A stretch of 63,662 nucleotides of DNA, filler included, from Guillardia theta CCMP2712 (taxonomy: Eukaryota > Protista > Cryptophyta): the NCBI RefSeq assembly GCF_000315625.1. It is 6 parts of 6 records of this genome, joined end to end, with 100 filler letters (N's around TTAATTAATTAA, not from the genome) between each part and the next. Parts side by side here need not be neighbours in the genome. Positions count along the whole stretch, not along the records: positions 1 to 26,371 come from NW_005434617.1; positions 26,472 to 29,545 come from NW_005434074.1; 4 more parts are not named here. One strand, written 5' to 3'. The position numbers and the translations under genes were made by a program. Of the stretch, positions 13,968-27,645 are shown piece after piece. The number at the start of each line of letters is the position of its first letter. Positions within the stretch are counted from its first letter, which is position 1. The notes beneath the pieces were generated by a model. That model worked only from the letters and a program-made list of their open reading frames with translations. It made no database searches and was not told the origin of the DNA.

Positions 13968-15228
13968 ATGCAGGTGAGGCGGCGTGAAGTGGGCAAGGAG
14001 GAGGCGGCGATGCGATGAGAGAAGACGATGGCAGAGGAGAAGAGATATGTTGCGATGTATCAAAAAAACTGCACTTTGTGAAATGTGGCATTTTGATTGA
14101 CAAATATCCAAGTTTGATGTTGGATTGGGAGGGATGGAACATTGCAAGTTGTTGTGTGGGATGGAGACGATGGCATGATCAGAGCTTGCGAAGATTTCAT
14201 GTTCTTGAATGTTCTTGATGCAAGAAACGTCAAAACAGAATATAGCATCCGATGGCATGCAAGCTTTCTTGATCGCGTTTTTTCTTTTCCCTCTGTACTC
14301 AGTGAAGGTCATCCAGACACATCATTACACAAGGATGATGATTGTCTATTTTTTCGTTTTTGTGTCTTTGTGTTCAGATAACTTGTTGATGTTGTCTTTG
14401 ATGCAACTCGACTATGTATATAATGGTAGCCTCGTGTATGTCTTTCCTCGCACTCGAGATTGCACACGTGGCTCGTCATACCCTACTTCTTGTTTTCGTG
14501 ATATGCTTGTGTGCAACAACGCAACCGTTGTTCTTTTTGTGTTGAGATCTTGTCTTAGATGCTTTCGTAGAAGGAAGTTGGCTTTTGAATTAGCATGCTT
14601 GTAATGTTTTGGAAACGAAGGGCCTGACACTGAGATGCTTGCTTTTATGCACCTTTCTTCTTGGCTCTTGCTGATCTTTTCGTATTGATTGTATGCATTC
14701 ACATCCAATGCGTTTTTCCAAATCATTGTTCTTGTTAAACTGCAGTTCTTGGTCTTTGATTCGCTGATTCTCTTATCAGAACGCCGAGGGAACGACCGTT
14801 GATCTTTACGTGCCACGTAAGTGCAGTGCCACCAACAGGCTCATCCAGGCCAAGGACCATGGCTCCGTGCAGATTAACATCGCTCACGTCGATGCTAACG
14901 GCACCAACTCTGTAAGCACAAGAATGATCCTCTCGCTCTCTCCCTATTCCCCTCTCTCGCTTCTCCCTTCATCATCTTCCCCCCCACCTCCCTTCCCCTC
15001 ATCTTACAAGTCTACTCTATCTTGAGTGCCCTTACCATCTTCCCCCCTCTCCCAACTCACTGTCAACCTCACTCTTCTCACTCTCACTCTCACTCATGTT
15101 TGACCCGTTTGCAGGGCGCGTACACCACTGTAGCTCTCTGCGGATTCGTCCGCCAGAATGGAGCAGCAGACGCTGCCCTTACTCGTATTTGGGATGAGAA
15201 ACAAAGGGGAGAGCTTCGCGGCCAATAG
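13968..15228 (+). CDS. RPS21: 40S ribosomal protein S21 (exons 13968-13973, 14780-14911, 15115-15228)
   Basis: MQ|[41 protein letters not shown]..|[21 protein letters not shown] with canonical GT-AG junctions. Exon 1 is inferred from ATGCAG|GTGAGG. Confidence 0.95.
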
Positions 15229-16889
15229 ACGTCTATACTCTTTTGAAATGCAAGAATAAATGAAAACAAAAGGGAAGGTTGGCGTTATGAAGTGATGCAT
15301 ATTTGGAGAAACCGTTCCACGTGTGGTCAGTATGAATAGCTACTAGTGAGGAAAAGAAATTGCATGCCCTAATCAAAAGCACACCGCTATTGCGAGAGAA
15401 CATGCCTCCTTGACAGACGATTCAGACTGTTGTTAACCCCTGTCAATTCACCGTATCAGCTACGGATCAGCAAGAGCGCTGCACTGGACAACATCGGCTG
15501 CCACCAGCACTTTAAATCGAATTGATCTCGGATCAGAGTGGTGTTTCTCCACTTTTTGAATGGCTCCTATAATACCCACCTACACAGGCGAACTTTCCAT
15601 CTGCACATCCCAATTGACAATACTCGTTTGTGTTCTTACTTCCCCTCCATCCGGGTCATGCCTCAACCTACTCTATAATCTTAATTGATTCTAATCAAAT
15701 ACCTATTCCATCTTTTGGCCCAGCACCTCCATTAGGCACTGCATTCCTTCGTTTTCTTCCTTTTGACTCTCCTACCACCTTTAACTCCCTATACATATAG
15801 ATTGCACGAACCCTTACACTCGCTCATCACTACGATCTGAATACGTCGTCATCTTGTTCTCGTCTGCTCCTCCATCTTCTTATCCTCCTCTTCTTGTCCT
15901 CTTGCCCTCCTCTTGTTTCCTTTCCTCCTCTCTCCCTCTCCTCTCCACTCGCTTCGTCTCTTGTCTCACCATTCCGGAATCAAGTTCAAGTCCGCCTCAC
16001 CGACTCTTTGTACTGGATCCGAAATTAGTTAACTGTTGATACGCCCGGTCCACCACCGGTCCCTGTCCAATGCACGAGACTACCGGTGTAATTATGGTTG
16101 AACGCACCGGTGTGATGTACCCTCCACCCATATTTTCGTAGGGTTGCTAGGACCACTACCTCCAGCTGGTAGGCCCGATAACTACGGAGGCCCCGGTTCC
16201 GTATTATAATAGGACCTATTTCGGATATTCCTAGATCCTGGTCCTAGAGGATCGGGTGCCTAGGATGATTTTTTGACCGTGACTCCTGCAGGGTGGGTGG
16301 GTGGGTTGTATCAAGATGGGTTCAAGATTTAACTTGAGGCAGTGGTGGTATCTTGTTGAAGGGTAGGGTAGTCTTGAGAGGATTAGATCCTCCCTGTAGG
16401 TATAAATCACTTAGTTGTCGATATATGAAAATTATGAGGTAAGAGGTATATATAGGCTACGAGTGAGATATAGTGTGTGGACTCAAGGTGGGTAGGGTGT
16501 GAAGGACAGGGGTACTGTCCTCGAAGTTCTGTCCACGGGTTCTTCGGAAACAAGTGAACTAATACTTGGGGGTGGGGTAGTACTGTAGGAGGGGCGGAAG
16601 AATGGCATGGGAGTAGGCGAACTGATCATGGGCGGGACAGTGGCGAGAGGAGATGAGCCTGCGGAGAGAAGGAAAGTAGGACAGCAGAAGCATCACACTA
16701 TGGAATGGCCACTAGTTGCTGCAAGCCCGGCAGTGGCTGTCGGTGTAGATGAACGGTAGCACGAAAGCACGGTTCGAGGCTAGATGGTACGGAAATGGTG
16801 GCCGAGTATCATCCGCGACCGTGATGTCGATTGTGAAGTTCAAAGATTTGAAACATTATTTAGATCATTTACTCCTTCTTACGATCTCC

Positions 16890-18194
16890 ATGCAGAATGG
16901 GCGCGGCTGGGTCGAACACAGCATGCATGAACGGAGCGATTTGCTGCTCGGACAACGCGGACAGGTTTGTTTCTAAGGTGATGAAGCGCCAACGTCGTCC
17001 TCCCTACACGCTTGTGACCTCTTGTATCAGTTCGGGGAGAAGTGGAAGAGCCCCAAACCTGCAGGGTTCGAGGAATGGACGGAGTCGATCCAGCAGAATA
17101 GGAGGGGAGCGGCTCCTGTGCGCGGAAGGGACCCTGGTGCAAATCAGCCTCCCGCCATGCAACGTCACGTCCTCTACACGACCGCCGGCTCACACTCGCC
17201 CTCCTCCAGGGGAGCCGACGGCCGCAAAGTGAGCTCGCTGTATACAGCTGGTGACTTGACTGACTGGGTACTCCAGGTTTACGACACTCTCTCAACGCCC
17301 CCTCCCAAGCTCTTGAGTCCTCCTTCAACCCCGAAGTGGGAGCAGCCTTCAAGTGCGCACGAGAGGAGTTTTTCAAACCCGCTGCTCACTCCTGTTGATG
17401 ACATCCTCGGTGCCATGAAGGGGGTAATTTCCTCTTCCTCCTTCAGCGTGAAGTTGAGGGGACTCCCTTGCTGATTGGACTTGCAGGTGGCCACGATGCG
17501 TACCCCTCCTTCCGAACGCTCGTTCAAGCAAGAGACTCAGACTGAGAGCTTGAGCAGGGTATCTACGCCTGCAGGAAGCACAGGTAGGCAGCAGGAGAAA
17601 GTACAACTGAATGTACCTTCGCCCCCTGCTACCTTCACGGTGGCGGCAAGCCCTGGAACCCCGTCACGCGGGAGGCAAGTATACGAGAGCCTAACACAGA
17701 AGGTAGACGAGAGCATCAAGGCTGCTCCTGTGCAGAGCTCGACGACACCCAAGTCCACGCCTGCGGTCAGCGCAAGGTTCTACTGGGGCAACGATTCTGC
17801 TGGGACAACAGTAGGGAGCTTGAATGGGCCGAGCAGGGTGAGCAAAGTCTTCAGCTCCGAGAAGAGGGAGAGCGTAGAGAAGCTGCTGAAGATGGGGAAG
17901 AGCGACCAGGCTGTGAAGAACCACTACACGATCATCGATGCTGAGCTGACATTGGAGGACATCGCTCAAATTCGAAGGGAGTGGGAGAAGGAGCAGCAAT
18001 CCCTCCAGCCCGGGGAGGACGAGAACGGTTGGCTGCATACGAGAAGGACCCCTTCTTCTCCTCGGCCCGAAGAGAAATCTCCAGGAAGGTTGCTAGGAGG
18101 CGAGTGGGAAACGAATGGCACCATGGAGTTGGAGCGGGAGGAGAAGGAGATGGCGATGAAGAGGCTAAGAACCCTCTTGGCCAGTCAGTCGTAG
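16890..18194 (+). CDS. Hypothetical S/P/T-rich protein (3 exons)
   Basis: ORFs 17022-17474 and 17475-18194 joined by ~65-nt GT-AG introns; coding-like composition; no recognised domain. Confidence 0.6.
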
Positions 18195-18428
18195 GCGCCA
18201 AGGAGCGGTACTACGGTAGCATGCAGCAGGCAAGCGGGCTCAATGAACGTGTAAATGATAACAAAAGGGATGGCGGCGAGTGCGAAACGGGGGCTGACGG
18301 GGACGAGGGGGGCGAGGGCTGACGGGAGTTGATGGGGAGAGACTTTATAGGACTGCTCTACGATCTTTGCCGCTCCCATGTTCGACTTGAGTTACAAGAT
18401 GGTCTACTTCCGTTACGAGGTGATCAGA

Positions 18429-20671
18429 TTAGATTCTCTTGCAGACCTCTTCGCCCATCTGTTTCACGGGTCAGAACCGAGCGAATGAGCAGCACAGTAT
18501 TCTCCCCCCCGTCCTCCTCGCTTCTCCTCCTGAACTCCCTCTCCTCCCCCTCCTCTTCGCTGCCCCCTCCTCTCTCCTCCAACGTCACTGTGATCGCCGC
18601 TCCTCCGTCACGCTTTCTCCTTTTCGACTTTCTCATCTCTCCATCTTACTTCTCTTCTTCCCGACATTTCCCCCTCTGTTGTGCATTTGCCCTAGCACTT
18701 TCTCTCCTCCCTTCAACCTCCTCCCTCCTCTTACCTGCTTGCATCCAACTTTTCCTCCGAGATCTCCGGTGCGGACGCCGTCGTCAAGGACCTGAATTCC
18801 GCGTCAGCAATGCAGACCACCCACCCCTTTTCCTATTTCTTGACCTCTGCATCCTCCACCACTTCCGTCCCTTGTGGGCTACAAACGCGCATGCTACAAG
18901 GTCTCCTCCCTCCCTCCTACCTTGTTCACTGCATCCTCAATAGCCTGCGCAGCCTCGGGACGGTCAAGGTCATAGCGGAACATCATGGCAGCGGAGAGGA
19001 TGGTGGCGAGGGGATTGGCCTTGTCCTGTTCGGAGAGTGAGAGGAAGAAGAATGAAACCAGTATAGTGAGGAGGGGAGGAGACGACAGGAGGGAGAGGAG
19101 AGGAGGGGAGGGAAGGGAAGGGGAGGGGAGAGGAGAGGAGAAGAGACGAAGGAAGGGACCGAACCGTTCCGGCGATGTCAGGAGCGGATCCGTGGATGGG
19201 CTCAAAGACGCCGGGGCCTGCAGCTTGTGAGATGGGAGGTAAGAGGAGGAAGAGGAAGAGACCGGAGGGGTCGCCGACGGAAGCGGAAGGGAGCATGCCG
19301 AGGGAGCCGACGAGCATGGAGGCCTGCGGGGAGGTGAGGAGAGGAGGAGCCGAACAGCGACGGGAGGGATACCTCATCAGACAGGATGTCTCCGAAGATG
19401 TTTCCGGTGACCATCACATCGAACTGCAGGAAGAAGTCACGAGGGAAGGAAGGGGAGGAGGAGGGGGGTTGGGAGAGGAGGGAGAGTTGGAGGACAGCCG
19501 GGCTGGAGAGGAGCTGGGAAGGCTCCAAGCAGGAGGACAAGGCAACAGAGGTAAGTGAGAACGAAGGAGGCACCTGCTTCGGGTTGCGGATAAGCTGCAT
19601 GGCAGCGTTGTCGACATACATGTGCCTGTGAACAAGGTGAGATCAAAACCTCCACACACGCTCGTCCTCATCCTCCCCTCCTCTTCTCTTCTCCTTCTCC
19701 CCCTCTACAACCGCCAACCCGTCCCCCCCCTTCCTCTCTCCCTCCCTCCACCGTATCCATCCCAGTGTCTTCTCACACCACCTCGCCACATCATCGCGTC
19801 ACTCACGAGAGCTCGACGTCAGGATAGTCCTTGTGGGTCTCGATCACAACGTCGCGCCACAGCTGAAGTCGTTGGTATGAGGCCCCGCAAACTCCCGCAT
19901 GTCAAGGTCAAGACCTGGCTGACGTCCAGCACGTTCGCCTTGTCAACCGAGCAGACCTGTCAGCTGGACATCAGCTCTTCAGGTCATCCCGCAAGGCTCC
20001 TCTCACCCTCTTGCCCCTCTTCCTGGCGATGTCGAAGGCAACCTTGGCGATTCTCTTGACCTCGCTCTCCTTGTAGCACATGTTGTTGTACCCGAACCTC
20101 TCGCCGTCCTGGCAGCGGATGAGGGGAGGGCGAGCGAGCGCCGAGGCGAGGAAGGGACGTGGAGGGAAGGAGGAAGGACTGAGGCGAGCGCGTGCTGGTA
20201 GGTCTCAACACCTTGGTGGTAATGCCCTTGGGCTCTCCGAAGTAGACGTCTCCCGTCAACTCCCTCACAACCATGATGTCGACCCCACTGACAACCTGCT
20301 TACACTCAGGGCAAACAGCGACGCGAAAGGGAGGAAGAGGACCGTGGGAGACAGGGAGGAGGACGGAAAGGAAAGGGAGGAGGAGGGAGAAGCTCGGTGA
20401 GTCGTACCTCGGGCTTGAGAGTAGAAGCATCAGCAAGCTGGGGAAGAACAGTGGCAGGGCGAAGGTTGGCGAAGAGACCTGAGTGACTCAGTGAAGAGGA
20501 GGAGAGGGAGAGATACGAAGTTGCCTACCCAGCGACTTCCTCATCTTCAAAAGTCCAGTCTCAGGACGCTTGTCACGAGGATTGGCATCCCACTTGGGGC
20601 CTGCGCAGTGTCGTCACAATAGTTTGAGGAATCTCAGACGGCAGTCATGATGGGGATAGAGAAGGTGAAGG

Positions 20672-20755
<84 letters not shown>

Positions 20756-21662
20756 CGACGACGATGGCGATGATGATGATGATGATGATGATGGTAGTGG
20801 TGGTGGTGGTGGTGATGATGATGATGATGATAGAAGGGGACCACCTCCGATGGCGGCGAGGAGGACAGAGTCGCTCGACTTCATCTGCTTCAGAGTCTCG
20901 TCGGGAAAGGGATCGTTGCAGGCGTCAAGGGCTGTGAGCAAGAATCTCAGCAGTGGTCGACACATCGAGAGAGGTCAGATACAGTGCAGTGCAAAAGTAG
21001 GAGGAGGACGACGACAGAGAGGAGGAACAGGGGGACAGGCAGGACATGGAGGAGGACGAGAACGAGGAGGAGGAGACGAAGAGGGTGCACAAGAAGATGT
21101 TCAAAGTTCAACCAGCTCCTCCGATGAGGGCCTCCTTGAACTCGATCTTGAACCCTTGCTTGGCCGCGACAGCCTGTGCTGACTCGTCAAGCTCAGTCGG
21201 AGACTCGTTGGCCCGCTGACCTGGCAGACTTTCACAGTGGCTGACATGATCTCAGGGCCGATGCCATCTCCCGGAAGAGTCCTGGCCCACTGTCAAGACT
21301 GCTAGGGCGACAAGGCCCAGAGGCATACAAGAGGAAGGGGAAGAGGGAAAGGCGTGCGGGAGGTAGCGAACGAGTGTTGGTCCGAGAGCGGGTGGTGGGA
21401 GCGAGGGAGGAGGAGAGAGGAGGGGGGAGGAGGAAGTAGAGGAGTGTTGGTAGCAGAGGAAGGCATCGGTAACAGCAGCAGCATCTCACGTCACGAAGTA
21501 GGAGTCCTTCTTCTTGACCGCCATGTTGATGCGGCTTACGCTGCTGGCCTGGCGCCTCTGCACGCGGCCGAAGGACGAGAGAGGGCTGAAGGCATCAGCG
21601 ACAAGAGGGAGGAGGAGGAGCATCAGAGCACTCCTTCCATGGGCGGGAAATGCCGAGCTCAT
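18429..21662 (-). CDS. leuB: 3-isopropylmalate dehydrogenase, plastid-targeted (multi-exon)
   Basis: Exons encode [96 protein letters not shown] and [12 protein letters not shown]-terminal signal ..[16 protein letters not shown] then a transit peptide. Confidence 0.95.
20647..20832. repeat. Intronic (GAT)n/(GGT)n microsatellite
   Basis: Long run of gatgatgat within a leuB intron. Confidence 0.95.
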
Positions 21663-22767
21663 CTATCAAGCGCCGTCAGGTGTTCGGCGATAATCATGAT
21701 GGAAGTCAATACAACATCCTACACCATCACGATGGGGGAAAAGAGCAAGATAGGGTGCACTGAGAGCGTCATTCTTGTATGTCCTTCCTCTTGGGACATT
21801 CTGGAAGACAGGAAGTTTCGCTCCCTCTCCCTGCTCCGTGATCCTCTCCTTGCACCTCCCCAAGGATACCACTTTTGTACCTCCTCCTCCCATACACCCA
21901 GCGCCTATCCTCGTCTCCTTCGCTCCTCCAGAGCGTGAGAAGACCTGTCATCGCATATCTCTCCCCTCCTCCCTCCTCGTCCTCTCCTTCTCTCCTCCCC
22001 CACAGCCTCCATCCGCCTTCTCCCCATAGTGCATCTTACGACCCGCACGAGGATCGGCCTCTGTGGGGCCATAGCGGGGATGAGGCAACTTGTTCGATAT
22101 ACCACATCCCCTCTCTGACCAACTAATCTGAGGCGGGCTCGGAGGAAGGCTTGTGTGTATGGGGAGGAGGCGGATCGGCATGGCAGACGGGGGAGGCAGG
22201 GGATGATGGACGAGAGGGGAGAGGAGGGGGGAGGAGGTACAGTATCGATGCGAACATGATGGCTCTGATGTTTGACGCGTGACCATGGCTGCTGGCGGTA
22301 TGAACGAAGGCTCCGGGGGAAGGACTGGCCTGCGTCGAAGGGTGGGGGGGGGCAGATGGAAGGGAACGTGTTCTTGGTGCATGATCGCATAATCGCGGAT
22401 CATGTTGAGATTGTTCCACCGTCCTTTGATTCTCCTAGCAATGATGCTGCTGATCTCAAGTGAGCTCGGGGGTACGTTCAAGGAGAGTAAACGACCATCC
22501 GCCTAACCTTGTTATGCTCAGTTGCTGACATGAGCGGATCCCATCCCAGCTTAGGGGGAGGATACAGAGTAAAAGTGGTAGAGACCCGTTGCTTACCCTC
22601 TGCTTCCTTGATGACCCTCTTTACTTGCTTCACCAGACAGCTCCGAAGCCTCAGAAGAAAGAGCTGGAGTCGTCAGAGGAGGTCGCACCCCCCTTAGTCA
22701 ACCTGCTGATGCTGATTGAGATGGATCGCAGTCGCTCTTCACTCGCTCAGCACGAGACTCTGCGGAC

Positions 22768-24590
22768 ATGAGCATGGAGGAGTCGGCTGGAGGAAGCAGC
22801 GTCCCGCCGGATGACGGAAGTGACCTCATAGCAAGAAAGTTCGAGGGGAGCTTGTCGGAAGGCGAGGAGAAGGAGAACGCTGCTGGTTCCGTCTGGCACA
22901 CGTCGAGCGATGATGACTCGCCGGAGGAAATTAGCGAGTTGAGCGAGGAGGGGGCTTCCGGAGGACGACGGCGTCGGAAGGGCGTGAAGGAGAAGGGGAG
23001 AAAGAAGATCAAAGGGAAGAAAGGAAAGGTTGGGGGGGGTGAGGAAACGAAGGGGAGTGCCACTCGAACTAAGAAGAATGTATGTGACTTGCTTTTTACA
23101 TCTGGGGAGGATGATGATTGAATTCAGGGCAAGCTGAAGGTGATGGTTGAAGAGGAGAAGATCAAGTTTCTGGAGGAGGAGCTGAAGCAGCTGAAACAGA
23201 GCATGGACCTGGAGGGGTCCAAGGAGGAGGAGGAGGAGGAGGAGGAGGAGGAGGAGGAGGAGGTATCGACGGATGAGGATGAGAGGCTGCTGGCGAAGGC
23301 GGAGAGCCGGTGGGGAGCACTTTCGAGCCTCGTCTCCTCCGACTCCGTCGGAGAGGACAGAGGACAAGGGCTGGACGAGCGGCAGCAGCTCGCGTCGAAG
23401 AGCCTGAAAAGAGAGTTGGAGATTGAAGCGAAGAAATGGCTGATGAAGATGGCGACTGGGTATGAAGCCGGATGCTTGAAATTCACGTGCAAGTTCTGTG
23501 GAGACGAGTTCGAGGGGGAGTTGAGCGTCATGGTAAGAGGAAGGGGAGGAAGAGAAGGATGAGAGATGGGAGGAGGGGCGAGGTGAGGAGGATGCCGGGA
23601 GAGGGAGGGGTGGGGTTGCTCGTCACAGGGAGATCTGAGGGAAGAGGAGGGGCTGGTAGGAGGTAGAGGAAGAGCCAGGGGCATGAATGAACGTGGCAGG
23701 GCTGCAAGCTGCACCTGATGCGAGCCCACAAGAGGTATCTGATCTCGAGTGACGTCACCAAGGTTGCAGAGCAGGAGCAGGAGGAGAAGGAGGCCAAGGT
23801 TCGTGCTCGAGGATAGTTGAGGGCTGGACTGACGTCCCCGTCCTTGCAGAAACGAGAAGCGCAGTACCAGAAAGAGCAGCAGCAGCTGATCCAGAAGCAG
23901 ATCCAAATGGACATCATGAAGGAGCGGCAGAAACAGGCGGATGAACGGAGGGCGAGGCTGCTGGAGGACGAGAGGTAGCTTGTCCGTCCCCTCCCCTGCT
24001 TGCTCTCCCTCGTCCTCTCCCTCCTCTGATCCATGGCGGCGCAGGATGAGGCTGCAGGAGATCGACAAGAAGAAGGTCGAGAGGAAGAGGTTGCCCGCAC
24101 AAGCTCCCTGCTGAGCGGCTGACGAGGGCGGCAGGGATGTCAAGACGATGAAGAAGCTCCCCAAGAGGGTGATGAGGTTCCATCCCAAGTGGGGGTAAGA
24201 CCTGCTGCTTACTTGCCCTCGTCCTTCTTCCTGGCCATCTTCCCACTCCCCGCTTCCCCTTCCTCTACTTCTCTTCCACCTCCGGTGTTTCTTCCCTCCA
24301 TCCTGATCCATGCTCCCACTCCCTCCCCTCCCCCTCTTCCTGCGATGTTTCCTTCCTCCTTCGCCCTCCCAGGCTCCCCTTTCCCCTACCCTTCTCCCTC
24401 CATCTTGTTCTTCTTCATGCGGATGCCAAGGGATTTGACGGATCCTGTTCCTTCACAGATACGTTCCCAACGACGTGAACCCGATCAAGTTCGGCCTGAA
24501 GCTCAACAGGAAGAGGAACAAGAAATTCGTCAGCTGAATCATACATCCTTCATAACCAAACGTTCACTTCCCCCATCACGCCTGCTCTAA
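22768..24590 (+). CDS. Hypothetical acidic/coiled-coil protein with a C2H2-like zinc finger (multi-exon; may extend 5')
   Basis: FTCKFCGDEFEG|CKLHLMRAH spliced across an intron; E/K/Q-rich coiled-coil exons. Confidence 0.55.
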
Positions 24591-24601
24591 CTACCCATCA
24601 C

Positions 24602-26123
24602 TCATCTCCTTCCCCCCGTGTATCTATAGACATCCTCATCCTCGTCCTCCCCCTTGCTGTCCCCTGCCAAACCGTCAGCACCTGACGTCTCCTCCGCTCT
24701 CATCGCACCTGCTGTCATCCTGGTGAAATTTCTGAACGTCACGTTTGTCTCCCTTCCCCCTGATCCTGCAAAGATGTCAGTGCCCCCCTGCTGTGGTGCC
24801 ACGTCATCAACCTCCGCAGAGCGAACAGGCGATCTTGCCCTTCTTTTCGCATCGAGCACACACGGAAATCTTGAGAGACGTCAGCAACCCTGGGGTTCTC
24901 CTCCTCCTCCTCCTCCTCCTCCTCCTCCTCCTCCCCCTCTCCCCGAGTCTCAACATGCCCTCCAGCACACACACACACACCCATACACACACATAAAGCA
25001 CTCAAACACCACCCTCTTCCTCCTCCTCTTCCCCGTTTCCTCCACTTCCTCGTAGCAGGAGAACTTCCGTCGAGCTTCACTCACCTCCACAGCTCGCATC
25101 AGCCCCGTGGTCGCATCGCAGGAAAGAACCTCGTTCTCGAAGAGAGGATCTGTCCATACATGTTATCCTCCTATACATCCTCCCCCCCGCCCCTCCCCCC
25201 TTCTCCTTCTCCTTCTCCTTCCTCCTCTTCCTCGTCTCCTATCCCTTCCAGTAGATCCCATGTTCTCTCCCCTCTCCCCCTCCTCCATCTATTTCTTGTA
25301 CTCCTCTTCTTGTTTCAGCACTCCATTATCCCCAAACACAACTATCTCCCTCACCGCTCTCGTCCTCTCCTACCTGTTGCATTCCTCAAAGTTCGTGATC
25401 GCAGAGCTTTGTATCCTTTCCCCGAGCAGAGCCTGCATGAGATCGTTCCAGTTCCACGACCTGCGCCATACTTCATCATCCCCGGGCCCCTTCTCGCCGA
25501 CCGTCTCCTCACAGAGTCGACATCGGTTCCTCTGCATGAAGTCATCCCTTTCAGTATCCACCATCCTGCCATTCCTGCCCACAAGCATCAGGAAACCCTC
25601 CCTCCCTCCCTCCCTCCCTCCTCTCTCCATGGGTTCCTCCCTCCCTCCGCTCTCACTTCTCGTACCCTCACCTTCCCTCCCCTCCCCTCCCCTCCCCTCC
25701 TCTCCCCTCCTCTCCTCTCCCCTCCTCTCCTCTCCCCTCCTCTCCCCTCCCCTCCTCTCCCCTCCTCTCCTCTCCTCTCCTCTCCTCTCCCCCCTTATCG
25801 AACTCACGTCCCCGTCCAAGGAATCCAAGAAGGTCTTCCTGCCGAGCAAGTGACATGAAGACAACCTGCCGGCCTGTCAGTGCTGGCTAACGAGTAGCAC
25901 TTGACTGCGTCGACCATGGCGTGTGAGGCCTCGTCGACGGTCAAGCGAGAGCTGAGGAGGCCGGAGAGCGAGAGGGGAGGAGGGAGAGTAGAGGAGAGAT
26001 CGTGATCCTTGCAGCTGACATGAACGTTACTCGTTGCGAACTCGGAAAACTTGGAGGCAAAACCGCTGACAGGCACGTGACGAGGAGCAGACAGAAAGAA
26101 TTAGCGGGCATGTGCGAGCTCAT
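24602..26123 (-). CDS. DnaJ-type CxxCxGxG zinc-finger protein (multi-exon; boundaries approximate)
   Basis: GTGTISCRLCSGKG and CARCEKKGKIACSLCGG on the minus strand. Confidence 0.55.
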
Positions 26124-26471
26124 GATGTGGGTTGCTGACTGTCAAGGGTGGAAGTTTCATCGCTTGCCCGTTCCTTTCATCCTGCCAGAGAGAAAACGAG
26201 AACCTGACAAGGATCGTGATGAGCAAAGGGGGGCGCAAACATCCCTCGGCGATGTAAAAAGTCGTTGTACGATCCGATGCTAGCGTGGGGATGAAATAAA
26301 ATCCTCACTTTCTTCAATCTCCTTCCTCATTCCCCTCTCCTCTCCACCCCCCCCCTCCCTCCCTTCTCCTCNNNNNNNNNNNNNNNNNNNNNNNNNNNNN
26401 NNNNNNNNNNNNNNNTTAATTAATTAANNNNNNNNNNNNNNNNNNNNNNNNNNNNNNNNNNNNNNNNNNNN

Positions 26472-27213
26472 GATCCACCAGCGTGTTTCCGAATGCTGGC
26501 TCACGAAAGGACCCAGTCATCACCCCCTCCGGATGCCGCTTGATCCCGCGCTGCAGCAGCTCCGCGTAGAAGCGCTGCGAGATCAGGTTCTGCCGCATGT
26601 TGTAGCGGTGGATGCGGTCCTGGCCCATGGGGATGAGCGTGTCCTCCATCGCACCGAAGGCCCGCAGCGCCGCCCGGTTCATCTCCCGGAACCTCCCCCG
26701 CATCCCCTCTGGCAGCGGCACCGCCTTCACCTTCAGCTCCACATCGGGCTGGACGGGGTCGTACCCGATGCTCATCAGCGCGCTCCTGGGCTTATCCTCT
26801 TCGACGCTCCCGGCGTCCCCGCAGGACACTTCCAGCAGGCCACGCAGCGGCACCCTCCCCGTCCCTACGTGGATGTCCTTGGAGTTCGGCGGGGCGCCCA
26901 TCATCGCCAGCTGCTCCGGGGAAGGGCCGGGTGCCACCGCCATCAGCTGCAGGTCCCTGACCTCCGCCTCCGCCAGGTCACCCGACACGACGAACAGCCC
27001 CTCGCCCAGCGGCACCGCCGAGTACGAGTTCCGGCAGCCCACCCACGCCATCGCGTGCTCAATGATGTCGTGCTCCACGCCCTTCCTCTCGCACACGATG
27101 CGAACCGCCCCGACGAAGGGCATCTTCGCCCCCTTCACGTTCAAGATGTCGTCCTTCACGTCACCCCCTGCCGCACCCGACAACCTCGCACGCACGCGGA
27201 TCCTGGCCGACAT
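26472..27213 (-). CDS. Intronless GC-rich hypothetical protein, 3'-truncated by gap (possibly viral/foreign)
   Basis: >240 open codons with strong GC3 bias from MSARIRV; TATAAA about 25-30 nt upstream; no microsatellite introns. Confidence 0.7.
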
Positions 27214-27306
27214 CTTGGGTGCTAGGCAAGCAAGCGATTTATATACATGCATAGAAGGGGTGGTGGAGGCGATGGAGACGAAACATCCTTACTTTATTGG
27301 AAAACA

Positions 27307-27645
27307 CTAGCATTCCTCCTCGTAATCCTTCCTCTTCCTCCCCGTCTCGGGCTCCCTTGCCTCCACCTGCGGCACACGGTACGAGAGCATGCCGCTCACG
27401 AAGGAGACCACGCCAAGGTTTTGCGGAAGGACACAGCCCGAGGGAGGAGAGGAACGGTACCCACGGGCCCAGGCCAGCGCGCTCCCGCGAAACTCCTTCC
27501 AGCTCCCGGCCTCCAGCGCGGCACAGGCACTCCCTCCGCCTCCGCCAGCGCCTCCGCCCTCACCCTCGCTCACCTCGTGCAGCGCTTCGGGCATATACTG
27601 CGGATCGGCGATGACCACGCAGCACACCTCCACGGTTGGTGTCAC
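27307..27645 (-). CDS. Small hypothetical ORF or pseudogene, same style as its neighbour
   Basis: 112-codon GC-rich ORF ending RKRKDYEEEC*, followed by AATAAA; lacks a clean ATG start. Confidence 0.4.
   Translation of the reverse strand: MTPTVEVCCVVIADPQYMPEALHEVSEGEGGGAGGGGGSACAALEAGSWKEFRGSALAWARGYRSSPPSGCVLPQNLGVVSFVSGMLSYRVPQVEAREPETGRKRKDYEEEC

Noticed and set aside
26372-26471. TTAATTAATTAA palindrome flanked by Ns (also at 29590, 50772, 56435, 58409)
   Set aside because: Artificial six-frame-stop contig linker. It is not biological, and neighbours across it cannot be assumed adjacent.
26533-27310. Long plus-strand ORFs opposite the intronless gene
   Set aside because: Antisense shadows caused by high GC3 in the minus-strand CDS.
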